IMG/VR virus record: IMGVR_UViG_3300027707_000050
Location: 1-35,626 of that record
DNA length: 35,626 nt
From: a virus
Taxonomy: Duplodnaviria > Caudoviricetes
Strand: one strand, 5' to 3'
The notes below the pieces were generated by a model, which was given only the letters and a program-made list of their open reading frames with translations, was not told where the DNA came from and ran no database searches. A program made the translations under genes and the position numbers. This document shows positions 26,479-35,626 of the stretch, piece after piece. Position 1 is the stretch's first letter; each line of letters starts with the position of its first letter.

Positions 26479-26550
26479 GGGCGCGTTCTCCTAATCAAGG
26501 ACTTAGAAGATTGTAGATTAGGAACCCTTGTCCCTGCGGACAGTTTCAGA

Positions 26551-26766
26551 TTAAAGTACTGAAGCAGAGTCCTTGTTTGGGCCGACCTTCTTGAGACCAA
26601 GTGCGGCCGCAACAGTGAGTGCCAAAGCCGTGACTCCGACCTTAAGGTTGTCTGCATTTGTCAACGAATCAAAATCTAATCCGCTTGCCATTGCTGAACC
26701 TAGCCAACCAGAAACAAAAGCCATTACTGATCGTTCTGCTGTGTCTTTAATGAATTTGCTGTTCAT
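26551..26766 (-). CDS. putative holin (r1t-like)
   Basis: F.KDTAER.V.AF N-terminus with two hydrophobic helices, as in actinophage r1t-type holins. GAGGT RBS. Confidence 0.7.
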   Translation of the reverse strand: MNSKFIKDTAERSVMAFVSGWLGSAMASGLDFDSLTNADNLKVGVTALALTVAAALGLKKVGPNKDSASVL

Positions 26767-26807
26767 GTCTACCTCTTTCTAGGGGTATCTATATATTATC
26801 ATTTTGT

Positions 26808-28022
26808 TCAGGTAAGTACGCCTTGGTCAAAGGCACCAAACTCTGAATCGTTTAGAATGAAACCAAACTCATCTAAGGTTTCGTGTAAAAGGGTATATCC
26901 AGCAGGTTTGGCATCTTGGAGTACTGCGAGCACCGCTGGACTTGAGGTCCCCTCTACGGGATTCCCTGGGGTCTCAGAAACCAATGTTCTAACCATAATC
27001 TCAAACCTATTGCCTTCGTGGAGAGGGCTCACGAGAACCGACTTGGTATCCGAGAGAGCGAGTCTGGCAGAGTTTTTTAGTGCAGTTCTCGTTCCAGCAA
27101 TTTGACCATGGGACTTGGTCGAAATCTGCCACCTTGGGAAATCCACATCATCGCTGACCACATCTGTACCACTGACGACAATTTGCTCCCTTAAGTCCGT
27201 TGCCACAAATTGGGCAGCCCAAGGCATTGTTGCGCTTGACATTAAATTTGGATTTGTGAGCTTACTCCGTGACAGGGCATACAGGCTTGATCCCAATATT
27301 TGACTTGTTGAGTTTGCATCTGCTTGACCAACTGTTGCAAACTCATTGAAGGAGTCCATCAATTTTGACATATTCGCAGTCAGGGAGTGATACAGCTTGT
27401 CCATCGGGCGCGTAGGTGCGATGGATGTGTCATCCACATCTCGATAAATGTCTGGAAAAAAGACTTTGGACAATTGGGAAAATTGATTATGAACATGGGG
27501 TTTATTGTCCGTCAGGGTTGTCATGCTCACATAAAAAGTATCCACATTGGAGGAAACCAAGGTTGCTTTGAGGTTTTTTGAATATGTTGACAAATCGCCA
27601 AAAGTTTTAGCATTTGAAAAAATCGGACTCCACACACCGACGACAGTGGTATTTGTGTATCCAGTTTCGGTCGTGTACGCATCGTCGGCATTGTGAAGGT
27701 GGGCAGTTATTTCAAGCGGTGAGTCGCAATACACCATGCAGTGAAATATCAATTCATCTGCAATTTCGGGAAATTCAATCTCAAATGATGCCGTTCGCAA
27801 TGTTTGAAGAGTTGCCTGACTGTTCTCAATTTGCAAGGTGAATCTGTCACCCGAATAAAACGGCGACAATACTGCAGTCAATGTTGCCGGAGAGTCAACA
27901 GACCAAGAATTGGTCAAAATATCAGTCGCCGTATATGAAGATATTTCAGAGGAACTTGCATCTGTCGCCAGGCGATACAAAGCCAGTGTGTCTGGCAAGA
28001 GATTTCTTTGGAGTGATCTCAC
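26808..28022 (-). CDS. baseplate wedge protein (P2 gpI-like)
   Basis: Follows baseplate J. FPDIYR..D, PWAAQFV, GTR.AL and C-terminal AKPAG..L. Confidence 0.7.
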   Translation of the reverse strand: MRSLQRNLLPDTLALYRLATDASSSEISSYTATDILTNSWSVDSPATLTAVLSPFYSGDRFTLQIENSQATLQTLRTASFEIEFPEIADELIFHCMVYCDSPLEITAHLHNADDAYTTETGYTNTTVVGVWSPIFSNAKTFGDLSTYSKNLKATLVSSNVDTFYVSMTTLTDNKPHVHNQFSQLSKVFFPDIYRDVDDTSIAPTRPMDKLYHSLTANMSKLMDSFNEFATVGQADANSTSQILGSSLYALSRSKLTNPNLMSSATMPWAAQFVATDLREQIVVSGTDVVSDDVDFPRWQISTKSHGQIAGTRTALKNSARLALSDTKSVLVSPLHEGNRFEIMVRTLVSETPGNPVEGTSSPAVLAVLQDAKPAGYTLLHETLDEFGFILNDSEFGAFDQGVLT

Positions 28023-29224
28023 TGGTAACCCACCGTGAGGGTCAGGTCAGCAAGAAGAAGTTCTGGCAAAACCCCCTTATTGCTAAACAGCAAATCATCC
28101 CCCGATGCCGTTGTGCCAGAACACGACATTGAAAATGAAGGAACATATATAACACCCGGTACCGACATGATGCTGGAGATTACAAAAGATTTTCTTATCT
28201 TGTCTTCGGTATCAATGAATCGGGTCGGAGAAAGCACGTTCACCAGTGTTGACTGAATACCATCAATCATTGATTGAAGGTTGCTATCTTTGGCTATAAT
28301 CACCGAAGTAGTAATGACTGGATTTTTTATCTGAATATCCTCAACAATCAAATTCAAACCAGCAACCATTCGTTCCTGAAGTTCAATCAAGATTTCTTTT
28401 CGTGCGAGAAAATTCAAGGGAGCACCGTTTCCGTACAAGAACAAGGATATATAGCCAGGCGCTGATGTGGCATTTTGTGCCCTGCTCGCATCTGCATTCA
28501 TCAAATCCACAGCCTTGGCTCTGTTGATTGTTTCAAATTGTGCTAAAGCAAATGTCTCAATTTGTTTGGCTGTTGCAAGAGCATTGCCAAGCGCTCTCAG
28601 ATATGTGGAGAACCTAGCAACAAACTCAGCATCTGACTCCTCTTGGGTTCCTTGTTCAAATGTGTCTAAAGCAACTGCTGAGTCGCTCACAAATTGCGAA
28701 TTCTGAATTGTCAGAACCTTACCAGCCGCTACTGGTTGTCTGTATCCAATCTCTGTTGCCACAAGGGTTACTTCTGTTGAAGGGAGGGCAGTTGGTGGAT
28801 TTGCCGACAAATCTGGCTCTACGGCGCCAATGATGGCAGGGGTTGTTATTTCGTAATAATCGCTATAGGTAGTACCACCCGACACGTATGTGCATTCAAA
28901 AGTTGTTCCTTCTTCCAATGTTCCACCAGCGTAATCAAGAGCAGTTATGGTCGCCGTAACGGTTGCGAACTTTACATTGCGTCTTGTCACGCCGATAAGG
29001 TTTGCCAATCCCTCCATGAGCATGTTCGGCAAGGTGTTTATGTGATTAACTGCTATTGATGTCAGGTATGAAAATGCCTGCACAAGTGCATCTTCAATAG
29101 TTCCTGGCTTGACGGACAAACCCGGAATGTTCAATTGGAGTAACTCAAGTGTGCTCAAGTAGAGTTCGGCAGGGTCTCTATCAAAGAGCTGCATGTTTAC
29201 GTATGGCCTGAAATCAGCAGACAT
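28019..29224 (-). CDS. baseplate J-like protein
   Basis: LIGVTR, L.EGT.F, G...ESDAEF.AR and APGYISLF. Likely start MSADF (29224); the ORF extends to 29263. Confidence 0.85.
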   Translation of the reverse strand: MSADFRPYVNMQLFDRDPAELYLSTLELLQLNIPGLSVKPGTIEDALVQAFSYLTSIAVNHINTLPNMLMEGLANLIGVTRRNVKFATVTATITALDYAGGTLEEGTTFECTYVSGGTTYSDYYEITTPAIIGAVEPDLSANPPTALPSTEVTLVATEIGYRQPVAAGKVLTIQNSQFVSDSAVALDTFEQGTQEESDAEFVARFSTYLRALGNALATAKQIETFALAQFETINRAKAVDLMNADASRAQNATSAPGYISLFLYGNGAPLNFLARKEILIELQERMVAGLNLIVEDIQIKNPVITTSVIIAKDSNLQSMIDGIQSTLVNVLSPTRFIDTEDKIRKSFVISSIMSVPGVIYVPSFSMSCSGTTASGDDLLFSNKGVLPELLLADLTLTVGYQ

Positions 29225-29225
29225 G

Positions 29226-29525
29226 TTATCTCCCTTCGAAGGATACTTTGAATTTGGATTCACCAGTTTCTTCGTTTAATTCAATTTCTGCCTCAGTGAT
29301 GGATATCTCTGGAAAAAAACGAGAAGCCTGCAACAAGAATTGACCCCTGTCAACCTCTTCAAATGTTGGATCAAAAACTCCAAATGTTGGAGAAAATGGG
29401 TGTGTCTGCGGTTCAGTTAATGCGCACATTGACAATAATTGTGCATAGTAATCGGTACTATCTTGATCCAGAGTGGCGAAAGACCCAGAATTGTCAAGTT
29501 CAAGCGGAAATTTCAGGGTTGGCAT
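29226..29525 (-). CDS. gp25/gpW-like baseplate wedge (sheath initiator)
   Basis: 99 aa, LTEP..HP..PTFG..DP.F, located between spike and baseplate J. Confidence 0.8.
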   Translation of the reverse strand: MPTLKFPLELDNSGSFATLDQDSTDYYAQLLSMCALTEPQTHPFSPTFGVFDPTFEEVDRGQFLLQASRFFPEISITEAEIELNEETGESKFKVSFEGR

Positions 29526-29543
29526 ATATCTAGTCCTTTTATT

Positions 29544-29942
29544 TTAATGAGTATGCGAAGTAGAACTCTTGCCAGTCATAGCCGACTCAAGTGCAGCAAT
29601 TCTTGCGGTAAGCGATGCAATAGTGGTGGCCATGGTGGCAACTACTGCGGCACTAGCGAACACATCTACTACTATATTACACCTTCCAAGGATGGCACAC
29701 CTTTCACGATCATTGTTCAAGAGAGCCACATAAACCACATCTTTGGGTTTGTACTGATGGAGGGCAGTCACACCAACTGCCTGACCAGTCATACTTATTG
29801 ACAAATCTGGTATTCGAACTGAGACGCTGTTTCCACTAACTGCACCGACCACCCCTAGCCAAACCCCACCACCAACAAATGGATGAGGACTACCATTGTC
29901 CCTATTGATGACATCTAGGTCTCCTAGTCCATAATCGCTCAT
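29544..29942 (-). CDS. central spike (gpV-like) protein
   Basis: OB-fold-like G.V......VSVRIPDL...DVVYVALL...ILG, then a short coiled coil and terminal HTH (His-x-His). Confidence 0.75.
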   Translation of the reverse strand: MSDYGLGDLDVINRDNGSPHPFVGGGVWLGVVGAVSGNSVSVRIPDLSISMTGQAVGVTALHQYKPKDVVYVALLNNDRERCAILGRCNIVVDVFASAAVVATMATTIASLTARIAALESAMTGKSSTSHTH

Positions 29943-31126
29943 TGTGGTGGTCGGTTTCCCTGATAGGTTGACGAAACTTGAGATTTAATATATGGAGCTA
30001 TAACGTCTGGGCCAATAGCATCTAGGGTGTTTTTGTAAAGTGGACCAACGGGGAGATTTACTATCTTTTCCTTAGGTCTGCGCTCTGGCGTGGCAAACGA
30101 GATTCCGACTGGGTTGGGTGATCGCTCTTCAAAGTTGACTGCAGTTATTAAGTAGTAACCCGTAAATGTTGGTATTCCACCAATAAAAACTGTCATTCCA
30201 GGGCGGAGAGCAACACCATTTGTTCTTTCAATTTGGGCATCGCCTTGAGCCTCCATGGGGGTGTTGTCTGATTTTTGCATACTAGGCATTCTCATTGCTG
30301 GAAAATCTCTTCCATATGGGCCAGGCATGATTGGCACATATCGGCGGGTGACATCTTTGGAAACTTCTACCCCATTGATTTTTACTTTGTGGCTGTACGT
30401 GATGGACTCTGAACCCCACTTATACATCAGCCATTTCATTGATGCAAAATACAGAGTTCCATCTGACTCGAAGCATTTGAAGTTCGCTGCTTGTGCAAGA
30501 TTTTGAATCACATCCCAGACGGAGTCTGCTTCCTTCTCACCGCTTGCCTTGGTTATCTTCTTGTTCTTGGTTGTTGGTTCACCAACGAATTTAAGTCCAA
30601 ATTTCTTTGCTACGGCTGCAACATAGGCGGTTCCATTGCCACTTACACTGCCCGGTGTTTTGTCTCGCTTCATTTGTTGACATGCCTTTGTTCTGCACTT
30701 TATTGTCCATATCGTGGAAACACTATTTTCTTGGCTGCAAGACACTTCTGCTACTTCCATTAAAAGGGTATACAACGAGACTGCCACTTTGCCAGCATCG
30801 GCAGTTGTGGATGTTGATTTTATGGCCTTTGTAACATAGGTAACATCTCTTGCAATGCTGAAGTAGTTCGCAGCAGCAAAACCAGTTCCCACCTTGCTCT
30901 GGAGCGTTCCAGATGCCTGTCTGTATTGGTCGTAGTCGCTGTCAATTATCTTTAGTGTTAGTTCTGTTATGGCATCCATACTGTAATTAATGTCAGCAGA
31001 AATAATAGAATCGTTTATTTGTTCCATTATATTTGCTGCAACCGAACCAAATGTCACACGAAAATATTCAAAGCCCCGAATCGGCAATGTCGGATTATTC
31101 TGAAAGGGCGAATTGGCGTTGGACAT
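29939..31126 (-). CDS. baseplate hub protein (gpD/gp27-like)
   Basis: SVWDVIQNLA...F.CFESDGTLYF and LRPGMTV.IGGIPTF.G.YLITAV. Confidence 0.8.
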   Translation of the reverse strand: MSNANSPFQNNPTLPIRGFEYFRVTFGSVAANIMEQINDSIISADINYSMDAITELTLKIIDSDYDQYRQASGTLQSKVGTGFAAANYFSIARDVTYVTKAIKSTSTTADAGKVAVSLYTLLMEVAEVSCSQENSVSTIWTIKCRTKACQQMKRDKTPGSVSGNGTAYVAAVAKKFGLKFVGEPTTKNKKITKASGEKEADSVWDVIQNLAQAANFKCFESDGTLYFASMKWLMYKWGSESITYSHKVKINGVEVSKDVTRRYVPIMPGPYGRDFPAMRMPSMQKSDNTPMEAQGDAQIERTNGVALRPGMTVFIGGIPTFTGYYLITAVNFEERSPNPVGISFATPERRPKEKIVNLPVGPLYKNTLDAIGPDVIAPYIKSQVSSTYQGNRPPQ

Positions 31127-31130
31127 GTTC

Positions 31131-34073
31131 TTACCCGGTAGATCGTGAGATTAAGGGAGTGAATAGAGGTACGTAACTATCTTTTTCTGTAATAATTTTG
31201 TCTTTATCGCATTCTTTCTTGCACGGTCTTATCGGTGGCATTTGGACTATGTCAACTTTTTCAATTGGTATTTCTTGTAGTGTCATAGTGCATGATGCTC
31301 GTGAAATCTGATTTGCCACAGTGCTAGACACTAGGGCCGTGGGGTTGGATGAGGTCCTTTGAACAGCGGTTACGCTAAATTCTTGAATTACAAATTCGAC
31401 TCCCCTACCGCTATTCAGAGAAGGCCAACGAAGTTCATCCTGCATGAATTTGTCCATGTTGAGAAAGGTCACTGGATATGGTGCTTGTGCCATTTCTCTC
31501 AATTCATGAATTTGATCTTCACATGAGTAATACAGACCAAACCCAGCTTGATTTTCCTGCGCCATGCTGACTATGTCAAATGTAAAACTAACCTTGAGCA
31601 ACTGGAAACTAGCCCAATCAACTATTGGGTAGCCGCCGGTGCGCTCTATTTCTGTCCAGTTAACTCCCAAACCAGTATAGTTGACGTTATTTGGGACAAA
31701 GGGGAATACGAAACTTCGTATTGGTGTTCCATTAATTTGTTTGGAACTCTTCAGACCTTCGTATGTTTGAATTAATGTTGGCCTTGAAGTTGATTGACCA
31801 GTGGATCTAATACCTGCCCGATAGCCAGCCAATCCTCTCGTCACGGTAATTTTTATGGTTTCGGATGCTGAAGAGGCTGTCTGGTTGTTGGCATTTTTTT
31901 GCAGGTTTTTCTGTTGCTGATTCTTATTCATGTTCTTGTTTTTATTACCTGCTTGTCCAGAATTGTTGTATCCTGAATTTGATCCATTATTGCCACCATT
32001 GCCACCGTCACCAGAGCCGCTATAATCAGCGCTAGTAGATCCAAATATTTTGCTCAAACCTATATATAGGGGATCTTTTTTCCACTCTTCTTCGGCCCTG
32101 GCTGGAGTGAGTTTCTTGACTTTAATCAAATAGGCAATTTTTCCTTCCCTAATGGCTTTTAGGGTTTGTTCTTTGAATTGCTGAATTGGCAGACCAAGTC
32201 TGGCTGAGAAATAAATAGCCTGCTGAAGAGATTCTAGGGAAACAGTCCCCCCTGCGGCCAAGGTGTCTTTGCTGGTGTTGATAACTTTCAGGTATTTTGC
32301 GACAATGTCATCTGTCTGTGTCGTCGTTGTTGACCCACTTGATGGAGACGAGGACGGGAGACCAGCTACGACGGGGAGATTCGCATAACCTTGAAGACTG
32401 AACTTGAAACCGAGTGAAACTGCTGGATCGGTTCCCGATCCTGCGTAGGCTGGGTAGCCAAATCCTGTGAAGTAGCCGTTAAACGTTTGGGTTGCCGCGG
32501 CCTTCATTGACAAATTTTGTAGGAAGGTTTCAATCCCTTTGGCATATGCCATCACACCGTTATGTGTAAAGCCAGCAGATTTGAGGAATTTTCCAGCGTG
32601 TTTACCTAGATTGCATGCTTGGGGATCGTTGAGCTGTGTTTCTGCAGCTTGAGCACTTGTTATCTTGCCATTGTTTACAAAGGTTACATTGGATGAACCA
32701 GCGTTCTGTGATCTTTTGTGACCAGGAAGAACGTAGATGTAGTCCGACCTAAGTGCTTTTTGAACGCCACCAACAGTAACGGTGCCCTCTATGTTGTTAT
32801 TTAGACTTGGATGCGCTTCCCCAAATGGCGCTGTTGAACTACCTACAACAATTCCGTTAAAGAAAGTTTCCCCGTCAGCTCGTTTTCTTTGTCCCCAGTT
32901 TCTACTGGTTTCATTTCCAGCATCAAAGTCCAAGTTATATGGCACCCAGTTTACAAATGGTTCAAGTTTAATGCCGTCTACTATTGACAAAGATGTAGAA
33001 CTAGCCGCAATCTTTGCTATATCCGTGAAGAAATTTTCAAGTTGAGTATAGTTTTCTCCAGATAGCAAAATCTGCTGGCGTGATCCCTTATGGTCAACAT
33101 AAAATCTTGAATATTTAAGGGATTGGGAACCATATGGATAAATGTTTCCCACCTTCTTGAAACTGGTATCGGATTCATCTATTAGTTTGAGTTGTGATCC
33201 AGTAAATGTTGGTTGAGAAATTGTTGGAGCAGTACTTGATCGTGATGGAAGTGAAGTTTGTTGCTGCGAAATCTGCGCAGGAGCTGTATCAATGAGGTAG
33301 TAGGTGGTTTCAGTTCTTCCTGCAATTTTTGGCAATGGTATTCTGCCGCTGGACCCACCCTGGATGCCACCATTGTATTGAGATGTTATAAAATTGTTGG
33401 CGAAAGCAGAACTTCCCGATGCACTTCTAGCTGCTCCCGAACCCACGGGTCCTTGTGACAAATTCAAAGCTCGCTCTTCGTATTGTTCCTTATCGTGATA
33501 AGGATCTGTGACCACATACCAATCAACCAGTGCAAATCGTTTGTTGCCTTGATAGTCTTTCCACCCGATAAACAGCACATTGTAAAAACCATTGGCGAAA
33601 GCACCGGACGGAATTGAACCCTTTCCATTTACGTCGGACGGAACATTGCTCCCTATACGGGGAAGAACTGGCTTTGTGACTCTTTTGTCGCCGTAAATGT
33701 CAAATGCCCCAGGAACAATTTCTCGATAAACACGCAGATACACATCTCTGTCATAGGTCTGTGTGTTTCCAACAAAACCCACGACTTTGCATTTTCTGAC
33801 GAAATTGGTTGCTTGGCAACTAAAGACTGGATTGACGCCCAACTGCGAGCCGACACTGTATGTTCCATACCTGTTTTGAGTACTGCCGGCACTACTTAGA
33901 CCCCAAACAAAAACTTTTTTATTTGTAGAACTAGATGTATCAAATGTCATGGGCGGAATTGTCAAACTTAAAGTAGAGTAGTCAATTGGCTGTGCTATTG
34001 CCGTGCTACCCGGTTGCACCCCTAGGTCTAGGACTAGGACATCTGCTGGGTCATTGGGTGGGGTGGTGCTCAT
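31131..34073 (-). CDS. large tail protein with C-terminal tube-initiator-like domain
   Basis: Directly follows the tape measure. The C-terminal FVFPFVPNNV.Y......W.EIER.G..P.......L.KVSFTF...CTMTLQE resembles gpU/tube-like folds. Confidence 0.65.
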   Translation of the reverse strand: MSTTPPNDPADVLVLDLGVQPGSTAIAQPIDYSTLSLTIPPMTFDTSSSTNKKVFVWGLSSAGSTQNRYGTYSVGSQLGVNPVFSCQATNFVRKCKVVGFVGNTQTYDRDVYLRVYREIVPGAFDIYGDKRVTKPVLPRIGSNVPSDVNGKGSIPSGAFANGFYNVLFIGWKDYQGNKRFALVDWYVVTDPYHDKEQYEERALNLSQGPVGSGAARSASGSSAFANNFITSQYNGGIQGGSSGRIPLPKIAGRTETTYYLIDTAPAQISQQQTSLPSRSSTAPTISQPTFTGSQLKLIDESDTSFKKVGNIYPYGSQSLKYSRFYVDHKGSRQQILLSGENYTQLENFFTDIAKIAASSTSLSIVDGIKLEPFVNWVPYNLDFDAGNETSRNWGQRKRADGETFFNGIVVGSSTAPFGEAHPSLNNNIEGTVTVGGVQKALRSDYIYVLPGHKRSQNAGSSNVTFVNNGKITSAQAAETQLNDPQACNLGKHAGKFLKSAGFTHNGVMAYAKGIETFLQNLSMKAAATQTFNGYFTGFGYPAYAGSGTDPAVSLGFKFSLQGYANLPVVAGLPSSSPSSGSTTTTQTDDIVAKYLKVINTSKDTLAAGGTVSLESLQQAIYFSARLGLPIQQFKEQTLKAIREGKIAYLIKVKKLTPARAEEEWKKDPLYIGLSKIFGSTSADYSGSGDGGNGGNNGSNSGYNNSGQAGNKNKNMNKNQQQKNLQKNANNQTASSASETIKITVTRGLAGYRAGIRSTGQSTSRPTLIQTYEGLKSSKQINGTPIRSFVFPFVPNNVNYTGLGVNWTEIERTGGYPIVDWASFQLLKVSFTFDIVSMAQENQAGFGLYYSCEDQIHELREMAQAPYPVTFLNMDKFMQDELRWPSLNSGRGVEFVIQEFSVTAVQRTSSNPTALVSSTVANQISRASCTMTLQEIPIEKVDIVQMPPIRPCKKECDKDKIITEKDSYVPLFTPLISRSTG

Positions 34074-35626
34074 GAGCGTTGCCTTATATTATCAATTTGT
34101 GTTTTCATCTTTCGTACGGCTATTGTGGCAATTTCCTCAGCACTGGCATTTGGGCCACCCGTTACGTTCATATTGATGGAGATTCCCTCGCCGCCGCCCG
34201 AAGCCATTGCTGGTGCCGTAGATGTTTTGGCTGGATAACCGGTATCGCCATATGGACCGCCGCCAGGAACGACGTGTAGGTGTCTAGTGCCCCCGTAACC
34301 GTGGAACTCAGCAAAACCGCCATTAGCAGTTGCGAGGCGCTGGTAGGCACCTAGGTTTGCACCAACCAAGTCGTATGCCCTGCCAGTCACATGGTCAGAG
34401 TTAATTGAGCCAAGCTTAGTGGTTCTGTACGCAGATGTCATTGTTCGTTTTCCAGTAAGCATTCCATCCATCGCCGAATGACGACCCATAGTTTGACCTA
34501 GGCGCGATGATGTCGTATCGCCAATGCCTTTGCCTCTTGGACTACTCGTATCAAGCTTGCCATCGGCAACTGCTTTAGCAAACTCCACTGTGTACCAGTC
34601 CGGTCTATCCCCGTCTCGGGTGTCAAAAAAAGTACCAAACATTTCGATTATTGCACCATAACTATCTTTCAACTCTGTTGGCAAACCGTCAATAATCATG
34701 CCGAGTTCATCATTCTTCGCTCTGTCTGTCAAACCTACGAGACCAGAATCCATGCCATAAGTGTTCAGTCTGTCTGCAAACTGTTCCTTGGTGAGGGTTT
34801 CCATGTCTAGACCGTCAAAGAATGTTCCACTTTCAAGGGCGCTCACCAATGATGCTCCTTTGTCGGAATCCATGCCCGCGAGTGCACTGGAGAACATGTT
34901 GGAATCAATCCTGAATGCATCAGCTCCTGGACCAGATTTCAGCAATTGGGCATTAATGTTTCCACCCTGCTCTTTTCCTGCATTCATGATTCCGTCATTG
35001 ATCATAGTTTGAACCATTTGTCCACCTGAACCTGTTGTGAACTTTTCCTCCATGCCATAGAAGTTGCCCTTGTTTCCCTTTTCATCAACCTGACTAAATG
35101 CCTTTCCACCTACACCAAACTGTTTTTTCGCCTCAAGCAATCCTTGGAATCCACCACCCACGAAGGTCAAAAAGTTTGGCATAAAATCTGACATAAATGT
35201 TGCGAGCTGTTCTTCGCTCACATTGCCGTCCAAGGATCTTTGAAGGTCACCGAAAGCCCTTGCTTGTTCGTCAAGTATTTCTGGAAGTTTGAGCTCGTCT
35301 ACTCTTTTTTGAAAAACCTCAAGACCCTTCAATGCTAGATCCATCTGTATGCCACGAAGTTGCTCTCTAGTTTTCAGGGTTGCCACACCAAGTTCCTCCA
35401 TTTGCTTGGTGAAGTCTTTGGTGGCATCAAAAAGGTCAACACCAGTTGTCATGGCCATCTGTTCAATCTCTTGCTCAGTCTTGCCGGTTATGGCTGTCAA
35501 TTCCTTGAGTCTCTTTTGATAGATTTCCATCAAGTGGTTTTGGGCCGTTTGCTTTTTGCCCACATCCTGCAACACCTTGGCAGATTCTCCTGGTGTTTTT
35601 TTCATTGCATCTTTTTGTTCAGTGGT
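34070..35626 (-). CDS. tail tape measure protein, C-terminal part (5'-truncated), with M15-like peptidase motif
   Basis: Helical, Ala/Gly/Met-rich, ending INMNVTGG...AEEIA. Contains SAYR...SDHVTGRAYD...HLHV. Lies upstream of the baseplate genes and appears open to the window end. Confidence 0.8.
   Translation of the reverse strand, partial: TTEQKDAMKKTPGESAKVLQDVGKKQTAQNHLMEIYQKRLKELTAITGKTEQEIEQMAMTTGVDLFDATKDFTKQMEELGVATLKTREQLRGIQMDLALKGLEVFQKRVDELKLPEILDEQARAFGDLQRSLDGNVSEEQLATFMSDFMPNFLTFVGGGFQGLLEAKKQFGVGGKAFSQVDEKGNKGNFYGMEEKFTTGSGGQMVQTMINDGIMNAGKEQGGNINAQLLKSGPGADAFRIDSNMFSSALAGMDSDKGASLVSALESGTFFDGLDMETLTKEQFADRLNTYGMDSGLVGLTDRAKNDELGMIIDGLPTELKDSYGAIIEMFGTFFDTRDGDRPDWYTVEFAKAVADGKLDTSSPRGKGIGDTTSSRLGQTMGRHSAMDGMLTGKRTMTSAYRTTKLGSINSDHVTGRAYDLVGANLGAYQRLATANGGFAEFHGYGGTRHLHVVPGGGPYGDTGYPAKTSTAPAMASGGGEGISINMNVTGGPNASAEEIATIAVRKMKTQIDNIRQRS

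Noticed and set aside
1-35626. tRNA genes, integrase/transposase, introns or stop-codon recoding
   Set aside because: Genes tile densely under the standard code with short gaps. No cloverleaf, recombinase motif or split gene was recognised by eye; tRNAscan/Infernal would be needed to exclude RNAs formally.

Overview
This window is a segment of a tailed dsDNA phage with a contractile (myovirus-type) tail. A WhiB gene points to an actinobacterial host. Most genes are on the minus strand. From right to left they are: tape measure C-terminus, tube-initiator-like protein, hub, spike, gp25-like, baseplate J and wedge genes; a holin; a set of modular fibre/adhesin genes; an accessory enzyme operon (flavin-dependent halogenase, three 2OG-Fe(II) oxygenases, a CxxCxxCC protein, two related hypothetical proteins); an inverted plus-strand cassette (fibre, FN3/Cys-rich protein, small protein, DUF6171-like protein); a giant membrane-anchored surface protein; the lysis genes; and a regulatory/proteolysis group (metallophosphoesterase, HslV/proteasome-beta-like protease, WhiB, two ribbon-helix-helix proteins). 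The best candidate for an undescribed system is the oxidative/halogenating operon. It lies between two putative virion proteins with unusual low-complexity domains (a His-Asn-Pro-Gly loop and a Pro-linked Cys-rich array), which suggests post-translational decoration of phage adhesins. All functional calls come from motifs recognised by eye. No database searches were run.
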